Below are positions 1-8,941 of a stretch of 25,209 nucleotides of DNA, one piece after another. The DNA is taken from positions 1-25,209 of IMG/VR virus record IMGVR_UViG_2922727739_000003; one strand, 5' to 3'. Source of the DNA: a virus. The number at the start of each line of letters is the position of its first letter. Within the stretch, counting starts at the first letter, position 1. The translations under genes were made by a program, and so were the position numbers. A model generated the notes under the pieces. That model made no database searches. It was not told the DNA's origin and worked only from the letters and a program-made list of their open reading frames with translations.

Positions 1-1287
1 TTAACTTTCTGTGAACTCACTGAGAGCATGACCATACTTTTCGTATTCGCCTCTTTGAATTTCTACCTCATAAATGACATCATTGCCATCATACTCTGTC
101 AGCAGTACATCTCCAATTCGATAAAGCACAGATGTTAAATCCCCACGTTCCGCAGGAATACGGAATCTCAGTGTGTCACCGCTCAGATGCTCCTGAACCA
201 GTTCGCGAATGCGTAGCAAATCCGCTTCATCAAATGCACTGATTTTCAAATAGCCTTCCCCGGAAGGAAGCATTTCCAATTGTACAGGGGTGCAAGCATC
301 TTTTTTGTTAAACAATACAATCTGAGGCTTGTCCGCAGCCCCAAGCTGTTGCAGAATTGACTCTACAACTTTCATTTGTTCGTCACGCATGTCTGAAGAG
401 GCGTCCACGACATGTAAAATGAGATGGGCCTCATTGGCCTCTTCCAAAGTGGCCCGGAAAGAGGCTACCAAATCATGAGGCAGATTTTGAATAAATCCTA
501 CTGTATCTGTGAGAATAACTTCTTTGCCACTCGGCAATTCCATTGTTCTGGAGGTAGGATCGAGCGTTGCAAACAGTTGGTTCTCAATATATACATCGGC
601 AGCTGTCAGTTGCTTCAACAGTGTTGATTTCCCGGCATTCGTATAGCCAACAAGTGCCACCTGAACGATGCCAGCCTTTTGTCTGCGCTCCCTGTGTAAA
701 TACCGATGACGCGTCACTTCCTCAAGTTGGCGTTTCAGATCACTAATTCGGTCACGAATGTGACGACGGTCCGTCTCGAGCTTGCTTTCACCAGGACCAC
801 GTGTTCCGATTCCGCCACCGAGCCGTGAAAGGTTTTTACCGTGTCCAGACAGTCGAGGCAGTAAGTATGACAACTGCGCCAGTTCAACCTGGATAATACC
901 TTCCCGTGTTTTTGCACGCTGAGCAAATATGTCCAGAATTAACTGTGTTCGGTCAATTATTTTGAGATCCAGGCTCTCTTCCAGATTTCGTACTTGAGCT
1001 CCCGAGAGCTCCTGATCAAAAATAGCTGTATTCGCTCCCAATTCTTCAGCAACTGCACGCAATTCATCTACTTTTCCTTTGCCAATAAACCATTTCGAGT
1101 CTTTGGATTCCCTATTTTGTGTGAGGACGCTCAGGACTTCAACTCCCGCTGTTTCAGCCAGCTTCACCAGTTCTTCCAGCGAATATTCCGTATTGATGCC
1201 AGATCGTTTGACTTCATCCGTAATTAAACTGACCAGTACCGCCTTATCCTGCATTTCGGTTTGTGTATCATGAGTGGAGTTCGCCAT
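1..1287 (-). CDS. hflX: Ribosome-splitting GTPase HflX (host)
   Basis: G1 GYTNAGKS, G2 LFATLDPT, G3 DTVGF, G4 NKKD; glycine-rich GGGIGTRGPGE loop; lies downstream of spoVK, the usual Bacillales order spoVK-hflX. Confidence 0.97.
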   Translation of the reverse strand: MANSTHDTQTEMQDKAVLVSLITDEVKRSGINTEYSLEELVKLAETAGVEVLSVLTQNRESKDSKWFIGKGKVDELRAVAEELGANTAIFDQELSGAQVRNLEESLDLKIIDRTQLILDIFAQRAKTREGIIQVELAQLSYLLPRLSGHGKNLSRLGGGIGTRGPGESKLETDRRHIRDRISDLKRQLEEVTRHRYLHRERRQKAGIVQVALVGYTNAGKSTLLKQLTAADVYIENQLFATLDPTSRTMELPSGKEVILTDTVGFIQNLPHDLVASFRATLEEANEAHLILHVVDASSDMRDEQMKVVESILQQLGAADKPQIVLFNKKDACTPVQLEMLPSGEGYLKISAFDEADLLRIRELVQEHLSGDTLRFRIPAERGDLTSVLYRIGDVLLTEYDGNDVIYEVEIQRGEYEKYGHALSEFTES

Positions 1288-1399
1288 ATTGTTTGCTCCT
1301 TTATTTTCATGTCAACTCTCGAACAGAAACCGACCTGATGTCAGGCCGGCCCTCGTTCGATGTCATACAATTCGATATGATTCAGATTCCTATTATCGC

Positions 1400-1807
1400 C
1401 TATCTTTTGTCCATTTTCAAATCCTCTGGTCGCAACGTCATCAACTCCTGCTTACCGGGTTGCCCGCTCCTGTACTGATTAAGCAGCCTGACAGCTTGGT
1501 GTCGAATCGCTTTTTCAATCACATTACGAACATAACGTGCATTACTAAATGCATGGAGACTGTCATTTCGCTCATTTAGCAAATGCTCTTTCATTTTGAG
1601 TATAGACTGAGGCATGAGAATATAATCCCTTTCCTTAGCCATCAATTCCGAAATTTGAATGAGCTGATCCACAGTGTAGTCAGGAAAATCCAACTGGATT
1701 GGAAAACGAGAAGGAAGACCAGGATTTGTCCGTAAAAAAAAGTCCATTTCTCCCGAATACCCTGCGAGGATCAAAATAAATTGATTTTTTTGGTCTTCCA
1801 TGGCCTT
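1400..1807 (-). pseudogene. spoVK: 3' fragment of host stage V sporulation AAA+ ATPase SpoVK, split by prophage insertion
   Basis: Frame reads (K A) MEDQKNQFILILAGY...NPGLPSRFP...FSNARYVRN, the C-terminal part of a CbxX/CfxQ-family SpoVK. Walker A and B are missing. Similarity stops upstream of codon AAG at 1805-1807, where the sequence turns AT-rich. Confidence 0.92.
1506..1549. repeat. 44-bp tract identical to phage 9075-9118
   Basis: Direct comparison of the two spoVK copies. Confidence 0.95.
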
Positions 1808-3464
1808 GGCGACTGTTTGAATTTATATGTTTATTATCGGATTCTTTCCCTCCCCAGTTTACAAAGTCTAAATGTAGATAAATGTTTACCTTATTGTCTT
1901 CGCCAAGCACAACTCTTTTGATGAATAACCGAGTCACTTTACGCTTTGCTTCCATATCTATATGATCATTGTCGAGCAAATATTTAAATGATCTTAATGA
2001 TTTTTGCACCATTTCGATATGATTTTGCTTATATAGTACAGATGATAAACTCTGCTCTATAACTCGTAACTCCTCTTTAATATCTTTAATAAGATTATCA
2101 ACCGCCGACACCTTATCTTCTAAATCCTTCATACTTTTAATAATTCCAGCCGCATACATCTCAGTATATCGTTCACGAGATGATTCTTTTTCTTGTAAGG
2201 ACTTTTCTAATTTCTGTTTTTGACCAATCAATTCATCTGAATTAGATCTTTCCGATTGCTGTTTAACTAAACGCTCAAAAAAGTCTGACGGATGCTCTAT
2301 TATCTTCTTGACGTATTCCCAAACAATACCGTCTACATAATCAACTCTCCAATTCCGTCCTTTACAAATTGGGTTAGATTCTCCAGTTCCCACCTCGTAG
2401 GACTTTTTTGTTTTATGTTGACATACGTAATACTTTAACAGTCCATTCTTAGTTTTTGTAGTGACACCAGATGATACTGCTGCACCACAACGACCACATC
2501 GACAAATTCCTTGTAAAAGATAGTCTTCGGATGGTCTACCAGACTTGTTTTTGTTTAATTCTTTAAGCCTTTTTTGAATAACACGATAAGTCTCCATATC
2601 AATGTAAGCAGGTACAGATATATGTCTCCATTCTTCTCTTGGTTGTGGAATTTGCTTTTTTGTCCCATCAGCTTCTGTTACTACTTTGGTTTTACCATAA
2701 TAGAAATTGCCTGTGTAGGTTTCATTTTTAAATATTCTACTTATCGTAACTTGATACCATCTATCTTTTTTAGGGGCTGGCACGTTACGCAACGACAACT
2801 CTTCTGCTATTCTAGAGCAGCTATAATCTTTATGTAAAAGCATATCGACCATCTTCAGATAAATTTCTTTTTCTTCTAAGTTTTCGACTAATGTGTCTAG
2901 TTCGGTATCATAAGTATAACCATAAATTCTATTAAGACCCGGAATAAGGCCCTTTTTAACTTTAGTAATTCTCCCGCGCTTAGTATCTGCTAAAATTTTA
3001 GCTTTATTGTATTCAGCAATACTGCCTTGAATGTTAAAGTTTAACATTGACTCGGGACTCGATTTATCAAACTCAAACTCCACGAACCAGAAGTCTTTTC
3101 CCATACCCCAGATACGATTTGACAGTTGTGTTTGCAGATGAAGGAAACGACTCATTCTGTTTGGGTGTAGGAATATTACGTGATCACCAATACCATATTC
3201 AAGTAAGAACAAAATGTAATTAATCATCGGGCGATTAGGATTATCTCCACTCTCACCATCTTCTATTAGAACGACTACTTCATCTTCTTTTATACCTTTT
3301 TGTCTTCCTAGATCCATACATCTCTCAATTTGAGACTCTATTGAATAATTGTCAACTTGTCCGTCAGTTGAAACGCGCGCATAAATAAGAGCCTTGATCT
3401 TGGTGACCAAGGCTTCAAGCTCAGCTTTTGTAAATTTTTCTGATCCTGTTAAAGTCCTGAGCAT
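1680..3464 (-). CDS. Large serine recombinase (phage integrase)
   Basis: Catalytic YARVST (Ser nucleophile), RMSR, YGY recombinase domain, Zn ribbon CRCGRCG...YYVC...C, coiled coil; RBS GAGGA upstream; last ~41 codons lie in host spoVK DNA. Confidence 0.95.
   Translation of the reverse strand: MLRTLTGSEKFTKAELEALVTKIKALIYARVSTDGQVDNYSIESQIERCMDLGRQKGIKEDEVVVLIEDGESGDNPNRPMINYILFLLEYGIGDHVIFLHPNRMSRFLHLQTQLSNRIWGMGKDFWFVEFEFDKSSPESMLNFNIQGSIAEYNKAKILADTKRGRITKVKKGLIPGLNRIYGYTYDTELDTLVENLEEKEIYLKMVDMLLHKDYSCSRIAEELSLRNVPAPKKDRWYQVTISRIFKNETYTGNFYYGKTKVVTEADGTKKQIPQPREEWRHISVPAYIDMETYRVIQKRLKELNKNKSGRPSEDYLLQGICRCGRCGAAVSSGVTTKTKNGLLKYYVCQHKTKKSYEVGTGESNPICKGRNWRVDYVDGIVWEYVKKIIEHPSDFFERLVKQQSERSNSDELIGQKQKLEKSLQEKESSRERYTEMYAAGIIKSMKDLEDKVSAVDNLIKDIKEELRVIEQSLSSVLYKQNHIEMVQKSLRSFKYLLDNDHIDMEAKRKVTRLFIKRVVLGEDNKVNIYLHLDFVNWGGKESDNKHINSNSRQGHGRPKKSIYFDPRRVFGRNGLFFTDKSWSSFSFSNPVGFS
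1785..1835. other. Prophage attachment junction (attL or attR); crossover at about 1806-1810
   Basis: - strand reads ...ataaattcaaacagtcgcc|aaggccATGgaagac. The spoVK frame is TVA-KAMED where ...LV-KxMED is expected (the phage paralog reads DCLVKVMED). It adjoins a serine recombinase and a composition shift. The exact core dinucleotide cannot be fixed without the other end. Confidence 0.8.
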
Positions 3465-3510
3465 AAAGTCCCTCCTATTTTATTAATTTCATTATTTTTA
3501 TGTATATACA

Positions 3511-3663
3511 TTATATATTATTTGGCACTAAATGAGAATATTTTTTCATAGTATTCTCCAGCCATATTGAAAATTCTTTCTCTATTTCACTTATTTGTTT
3601 AGCATTTTCCTCGTCAACAACATGTATTACAACCTCAAAACTATTTATATTACTTCTTTTCAA
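3511..3663 (-). CDS. 50-aa protein immediately upstream of the integrase; candidate recombination directionality factor
   Basis: Not in ORF track. Strong RBS AAGGAGGG, TTG start, MKRSNINSFEVVIHVVDEENAKQISEIEKEFSIWLENTMKKYSHLVPNNI*. Function inferred from position only. Confidence 0.65.
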   Translation of the reverse strand: MKRSNINSFEVVIHVVDEENAKQISEIEKEFSIWLENTMKKYSHLVPNNI

Positions 3664-3722
3664 TTTGTTCCCTCCTTTCTATTTGTATTGAAAGAAGGCA
3701 TAAAAATAGTTGTCTGCACTCT

Positions 3723-3740
3723 GTAAAATACTACTTTTAT
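3723..3740. repeat. Dispersed dyad RTAAAA-N6-TTTTAY, copy 1
   Basis: gtaaaa tactac ttttat, 7 nt from the recU-like stop codon. Confidence 0.7.
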
Positions 3741-3747
3741 CATGAAA

Positions 3748-4296
3748 TTATTTGCTAAAACCATATGTATTTATTGCATTTTTTACAAAATCGTTTAAGT
3801 GGTAATGCCACTTGCTTCTTTTTTTAAATCCATTAATTTCTAGCCCTATTTCTTCACAAATACCTATTGGTATACTACTCTTATTGACTCTGCTCTTATA
3901 TGAGTGACTAAGCTGATTTTGAGCAATAAATTGATACTTAATAAAATCCTTGATATGTACAAAGAAAACTTTGTTATCTGGCTCTCGAAAGTTTATGATA
4001 AAACCACTAATAACATTGTCATACTCACTAGCCTCTTTTAATTTGTCAATCTGATGCTGTTTAATTACACTTTCATCAAAGCTGACCGATTTTTGTTTTG
4101 TGGACTTAAGTTCCAAAGTAAAAAGATATTTCTCAGAAAACATCATACAGTCATAATCATTTTTCGTGACTCTAATTCTGTTTCTTAGTTCCGCTGGAAT
4201 AAAAGTATCCTTAATTCTAGTGAAAAATATCTTCTGAGTTGATCCAGCAGACGCTTGAAAATTTCCCTCAAAGAGCTTGCCTTCATTCTTACTCAT
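3748..4296 (-). CDS. recU: RecU-like Holliday junction resolvase (PD-(D/E)xK nuclease)
   Basis: N-terminal GKLFE, DYD...LELKSTKQKS, IKQHQIDKL motifs typical of RecU. Confidence 0.8.
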   Translation of the reverse strand: MSKNEGKLFEGNFQASAGSTQKIFFTRIKDTFIPAELRNRIRVTKNDYDCMMFSEKYLFTLELKSTKQKSVSFDESVIKQHQIDKLKEASEYDNVISGFIINFREPDNKVFFVHIKDFIKYQFIAQNQLSHSYKSRVNKSSIPIGICEEIGLEINGFKKRSKWHYHLNDFVKNAINTYGFSK

Positions 4297-4469
4297 AGCA
4301 AACTCTCCATCATCTTCAATCGATCATCTAAATAATCTGTTTCTAATTTTACTAGTTCCTCATACTTATCTTCCTTTATAAATCCATATTTATTGTACAT
4401 CTCAAGTCTTTTTAAAGTATGTATTTTCAATTCTTTAACAAGTTGAATATTATGACCAACTAAATTCAA
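4293..4469 (-). CDS. Hypothetical protein (58 aa)
   Basis: Not in ORF track. TTG start after RBS GAGGA; ATGA overlap with the recU-like start (translational coupling). Confidence 0.6.
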   Translation of the reverse strand: MNLVGHNIQLVKELKIHTLKRLEMYNKYGFIKEDKYEELVKLETDYLDDRLKMMESLL

Positions 4470-4470
4470 A

Positions 4471-4698
4471 TTACCATTCCTCTCCTACAATAATTCTTTT
4501 TGCTCCATTAGCTTTCTTTAAACAGTCATAGTCGTCGTGAACGCTCAGAACGTCGAACAAGATCAATATTTCCTCTCCAACTAAAATATCTTCATTACAC
4601 CCTGCACAAGTTGAAAACATACTCACCTCCTCATCTTGTGCATCCGGGAATCTATACTCATGGTATGAAGTTTGAAATCTATCAAAGTTAATTGACAT
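4471..4698 (-). CDS. Small putative Zn-binding protein
   Basis: CAGC...HDDYDC motif; start moved to ATG at 4698 after RBS GAGGA. Confidence 0.65.
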   Translation of the reverse strand: MSINFDRFQTSYHEYRFPDAQDEEVSMFSTCAGCNEDILVGEEILILFDVLSVHDDYDCLKKANGAKRIIVGEEW

Positions 4699-4813
4699 TA
4701 ACTTGTTCCTCAAGAAGCTTGTTGAGAACGACAGAAACGATCTCCTTATACTCTTTCTCGCTAATCTTCCGTTTCAAAATACTTTCAATCTTATGTTTGC
4801 TCATCTTGTCCAT
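4688..4813 (-). CDS. Hypothetical protein (41 aa)
   Basis: Not in ORF track. RBS AAGGAG, MDKMSKHKIESILKRKISEKEY... Confidence 0.55.
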   Translation of the reverse strand: MDKMSKHKIESILKRKISEKEYKEIVSVVLNKLLEEQVNVN

Positions 4814-4827
4814 TAAGTCATTCTCCT

Positions 4828-7800
4828 TTAGCTTTTTCGCTCTGTAATTACTTTAACTGTGCCATCTTCTCTGATTTCATCAATAAACATAGTGGTATGT
4901 TTAACTCTAGAATCTTTATAGTTGTAAGGTCTAAACTGTGCACCTCTACGATACCCAAACAGAATCAACTTATTACCACGTGTAAACCATGATTTTTCAA
5001 TAATTTCTTTAGTACCATCTTGTTTTGGTTTTGATATTTGCTTATTGTAATGTGCAAAAGCACCATCGTAATATTTTGCGGTAACTACCCCTGTTGTCGT
5101 AAGAATTGTTACAGTATTTTTATTTTTATCTTTATCTAAAACAGTGCCAGCTATGAAGTCTAATTTGAATTTGGGTCTAGAAGATCCATTTCTATATTGA
5201 ATCATTTCAACAACTACTGGTTCTTCTGGTAATTCAAAAAAGTTAACAATTCCATATTTAAATGTGTCAACGTTCTGGAGTTCATGTTCTGTGTAGTAAA
5301 ATGATAAAGAGTCCATTTCCCACTTGCTCAATGTCCCAGATGCTAAACTGTTCCACTCATTCTGATACAACTTCGAGTTTAAATGAGATAAAGTACTGTC
5401 CTCTGACAACCAATTTTTTATGCCTTCCATTTTTTTATCGTATTCTTTTTTGAATGTTCGTTCTGCTATGATTGGGAAATTATTATGATAATCCTTTATA
5501 GCTTCTCCCGAGAAGTGTTCATAATAGAAGGGAGTGGAAATTTTATCGAGCAAGTAAAGTTTCTCTTTGCCTTCTTTACTGTAAACATTTTTGATAACGT
5601 ACTTTCTGAAGTTGAACAGTCTCTTATATTGGGTCATTTCTTCTGGAATCAGATTGTTTTCAATAAGAGCATTAAAGTTCTGCATTGTAACTTTTTGTTT
5701 GGGTGTAAAAATCTTATGTATAAATTGCTTCATAATTTCTAAGCGGTTCCCAAAAGATTCAAAACAACCAGCTTTAATCAACTGAATTACTTGGGACTTC
5801 TTAATAATTGAGGTACTAAACATCCTTTCAATAAAATCATCAAAAGATTTATATGGTCTATGTTTAATGATGTTTTGAACTACATCATCGCCAATGCCGT
5901 TAATTCCTTTTAACCCAAAGACAATTTGATTAAGTTCTGTATCGGGAAAAAAACCATAATCAGCTTTGCTTATATCAGGAAGACCTATTTTAACACCGCG
6001 ACTCTGCATATTTCCAATCGCAGAAGCAATTTTCCCATAGTTTGTAGATTGTGTTTTGGTGTCATCATCTTCATCGTGAATAGAGGCAGAGTTTACAGTT
6101 AAACAAGCTGTTCTCCAGTAAATAGGGTCATAAATATTATTTAAGTTGGCTTCCTGTAACGCAATAATGGAATAAGCCAATGTATGTAACACAGAAAATG
6201 AATATCCCAACTGTCTAACTATTTCTTTATTCCACACATAGTCGAGGATTTCTTTTCTATTGTTTAATTCCAACCCCTTTGTATAGAACTTAATTTTAAT
6301 GTCTTCGATTTCATTTGCTTTTTTCTTTGCTATGACTTTTCTGAGTTTATTTGCATCTTGGATTGTAAAACCTGCTACCTTTTTGTCCATTGAAAGAAGC
6401 ATAATAGACTCTTGTGTATCTGCCACTCCATTTAGTGCAAGCAAATGTTTTTTCATTGTCTCTATTTCGTCTTCATTTAAGTTGTTATCATGTAATTCCC
6501 TGTACCATTCATTAATGTCATTTTTGAATCTGATGAAGCTGTCAATGGGTGTTTCATTATTGTGATCCCCCATTAATCGCATTAGGGAATTTGCGGCGGC
6601 TAGTTCAATTAGGTTAGATGGCTTTGTTCTCTTAACAGTTTGTACACCAATTTCTGTAGAAAACTGAAAAAGATCGGTTATGCTATCTGATCCAATTAGG
6701 TCATATATTTCTTGACTCTTAATGTCAATAACATTGGGATGTAAATACTTGTTATATGTTTTGCGAATTGTGCCTTGCCACTCCATTAGATTTTCTTTAA
6801 TTAGAAAATCCAATGCTACACGAATCTTATCCAATCCTTCAATTGTCAACAAGTCAAATTTCATATTCGATACGGCTTCACAATCTTCTAGACTAAGTTG
6901 CGTTACATGAGTACCATTAGGAGCAGTCATCATGGCATTAGTTTTATAATATTCTTCATTAAAAACTATAACGCCACTAGCATGGATACTTCTTTTGTTT
7001 ACCAATCCTTCAATTTTCATTGCCACATTGAGCCAATTATCAAATTTATTTATTTCAGTAACAAATTCTTTAACTGGTTTGCGTTCTTTCTCTTCATTCC
7101 CATTAACACAGTCTGATAACGTCCAACTACTACCTCTCTCAAAAGGAATTAGTCCAGATACGTACATAGCAGTATCATTGTCGATACCCAAACCTCTTGC
7201 TGCTGTTTGTACTGCTGATTTTGACGCTTCTGTACCAAACGTACACACCTGTAGAACTTGGTTTTCGCCAAAGTACTTCTTTAGTTGCTTGAAGATCTGA
7301 TTTCGTTTTGCGGCTTCAGTGTCGATATCAATATCTGGGAACTCGGGTCTCTCTGCCGTCAAATGTCTCCAATGCGGCATTTCGATGCCATACTCTAAAG
7401 GATTGACTTGAGTAATTCCCAAGAGGAAGCAAATTAAGTACCCAGCAGAAGAGCCACGAGATGGGCCAACCAAACTATTCCCACAGTCATCATCCCAAAT
7501 AACATTTACAATTTCTCGAACTGTAATGTAGTAACTTGCTACTGATTGATTCATTTTCTCAGATATCTTCCATAGTTCGCCCAATTCAGTGTTAATTCTA
7601 GCGGCTACTTCATGCAATTTTTCTTTCGAGTAGGTATTGTATGGAAGATACTCTCTAAATCCGTCTTCTATTAATTTTACTATGTATCTATCTTGGCTAT
7701 TATTCGAGTGAGCCATTTTATCTATATATTCATACTGAGAATAAATTGAACGAAATAATCCACTAATTTCGAATTTTGGAAGATCGATTTTAGGGATAAT

Positions 7801-8769
7801 CGTTGGTTTTAAAATAGTATAATCTTTAATCTTGTTACCGACTTCTATTGTATTGTTTAATGCTTTCATTATCACATCGTGACTTAGATAACTTAAGCGA
7901 TCATTTATCTCTTCGTGATTTTGTACAAAAGTTGCCTCATAAAATGAATCAACTTCCCGTTCTCCTTCTTTTGCATTTAGGAAAGCTTTATGTACAATAC
8001 GATCTTCTGGACGAAGATAATGACTATCTGTTGTTACTATGTACTTAAGTTCAAACTTATCAGCCAATAAAAGCAATTGCTTGTTACAATAAATCTGTTC
8101 CTCGCTATATGCAGGTTGCAGTTCTAAATAAAAATCTTCTTTACCAAATACTTCGATACACCAATTTGTAAAATCACATACTTTTTTATAGCTCTTCTTA
8201 GCTTCTTCTCTGTTATCGTTGTCTAAGTGTGATTTCATCTCCAGCAGATATATACAATGTGGTGAACCCAAACAGGCAGAAGAAGCAATTAAATGACCCG
8301 GATTATCTTTGATAACTGATCGTAAAAAGCTGCGTTCTGTTGGTGTTCTTAACATTGGGCCTGTGAAAAATGAATCAGTCCAAGCCTTTGAACTCATATA
8401 GCGAAGCTGTTCATGACCAATTTCATCTTTAGCCAATAACAAAAAATGTGGAAACTTAGTAACTCCAGACTTATAATTGTCTCTTACTTCTACAAGGCTC
8501 TCAACCAAATAAATTTCATTGCCCAAAATTAGTTTAAAATCTTTATGTATCTTGCCTTCTTGCTTTAGTTTTTCTGTTGCCTGAATTGCTTTAACATGAG
8601 CAGAGATGGATTCATGATCTGTTATAGCAACTCCCTTATGTCCCATATCATAAGCTGTTTGTATCAGCTCTTCCACTCGATTTGTTGTATCTCTAAGCCT
8701 TAAGTTTGAACCCCTATCGACATGATTATGGAGCAAAATCGAATTACACTTTTCACACAAATTAATCAA
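4828..8769 (-). CDS. dnaE: Phage family C DNA polymerase (DNA Pol III alpha, DnaE type, like SPbeta YorL)
   Basis: PHP domain HNH/ITDH/GNEIY/DSHY, GPSRGSSAG, catalytic PDIDID, SIHASG, KFDLL, GYSFS, HhH GINGIG, C-terminal OB-like region; no intein seen. Confidence 0.95.
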   Translation of the reverse strand: MINLCEKCNSILLHNHVDRGSNLRLRDTTNRVEELIQTAYDMGHKGVAITDHESISAHVKAIQATEKLKQEGKIHKDFKLILGNEIYLVESLVEVRDNYKSGVTKFPHFLLLAKDEIGHEQLRYMSSKAWTDSFFTGPMLRTPTERSFLRSVIKDNPGHLIASSACLGSPHCIYLLEMKSHLDNDNREEAKKSYKKVCDFTNWCIEVFGKEDFYLELQPAYSEEQIYCNKQLLLLADKFELKYIVTTDSHYLRPEDRIVHKAFLNAKEGEREVDSFYEATFVQNHEEINDRLSYLSHDVIMKALNNTIEVGNKIKDYTILKPTIIPKIDLPKFEISGLFRSIYSQYEYIDKMAHSNNSQDRYIVKLIEDGFREYLPYNTYSKEKLHEVAARINTELGELWKISEKMNQSVASYYITVREIVNVIWDDDCGNSLVGPSRGSSAGYLICFLLGITQVNPLEYGIEMPHWRHLTAERPEFPDIDIDTEAAKRNQIFKQLKKYFGENQVLQVCTFGTEASKSAVQTAARGLGIDNDTAMYVSGLIPFERGSSWTLSDCVNGNEEKERKPVKEFVTEINKFDNWLNVAMKIEGLVNKRSIHASGVIVFNEEYYKTNAMMTAPNGTHVTQLSLEDCEAVSNMKFDLLTIEGLDKIRVALDFLIKENLMEWQGTIRKTYNKYLHPNVIDIKSQEIYDLIGSDSITDLFQFSTEIGVQTVKRTKPSNLIELAAANSLMRLMGDHNNETPIDSFIRFKNDINEWYRELHDNNLNEDEIETMKKHLLALNGVADTQESIMLLSMDKKVAGFTIQDANKLRKVIAKKKANEIEDIKIKFYTKGLELNNRKEILDYVWNKEIVRQLGYSFSVLHTLAYSIIALQEANLNNIYDPIYWRTACLTVNSASIHDEDDDTKTQSTNYGKIASAIGNMQSRGVKIGLPDISKADYGFFPDTELNQIVFGLKGINGIGDDVVQNIIKHRPYKSFDDFIERMFSTSIIKKSQVIQLIKAGCFESFGNRLEIMKQFIHKIFTPKQKVTMQNFNALIENNLIPEEMTQYKRLFNFRKYVIKNVYSKEGKEKLYLLDKISTPFYYEHFSGEAIKDYHNNFPIIAERTFKKEYDKKMEGIKNWLSEDSTLSHLNSKLYQNEWNSLASGTLSKWEMDSLSFYYTEHELQNVDTFKYGIVNFFELPEEPVVVEMIQYRNGSSRPKFKLDFIAGTVLDKDKNKNTVTILTTTGVVTAKYYDGAFAHYNKQISKPKQDGTKEIIEKSWFTRGNKLILFGYRRGAQFRPYNYKDSRVKHTTMFIDEIREDGTVKVITERKS

Positions 8770-8802
8770 TACCCCCCTTCAAACTGCGTTTTCTTTCTTC
8801 CT

Positions 8803-8820
8803 ATAAAATATTGATTTTAA
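8803..8820. repeat. Dispersed dyad RTAAAA-N6-TTTTAY, copy 2
   Basis: ataaaa tattga ttttaa, intergenic, upstream of the dnaE RBS. Confidence 0.65.
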
Positions 8821-8864
8821 TCAGATACAATAACATGTTACATCTCTCTCACCCCCTTTAAATC

Positions 8865-8926
8865 TTCATAAAGAACAATCAATGAACTACTATTTACGTA
8901 GAATAAGCATGATTGTTCTTTATGAA
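8865..8926. terminator. Long inverted repeat (perfect 17-bp arms, 28-nt loop) between phage spoVK and dnaE
   Basis: ttcataaagaacaatca (8865-8881) and tgattgttctttatgaa (8910-8926); no clear U-tract, so a terminator role is uncertain. Confidence 0.55.
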
Positions 8927-8941
8927 CTGATAAAATTTAAA

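Noticed and set aside
1527-1540. Possible LexA box (CGAACataaCGTGC) in the shared tract
   Set aside because: Second half-site does not match GTTCG
424-1579. Short ORFs overlapping hflX and the spoVK fragment (424-627, 735-926, 994-1227, 1079-1273, 1263-1478, 1274-1579)
   Set aside because: Antisense or off-frame shadows of well-supported genes; no RBS or motifs
1400-1801. 133-aa ORF as an independent gene
   Set aside because: Starts at an internal SpoVK Met, lacks Walker motifs and a good RBS; best explained as the 3' part of a split gene
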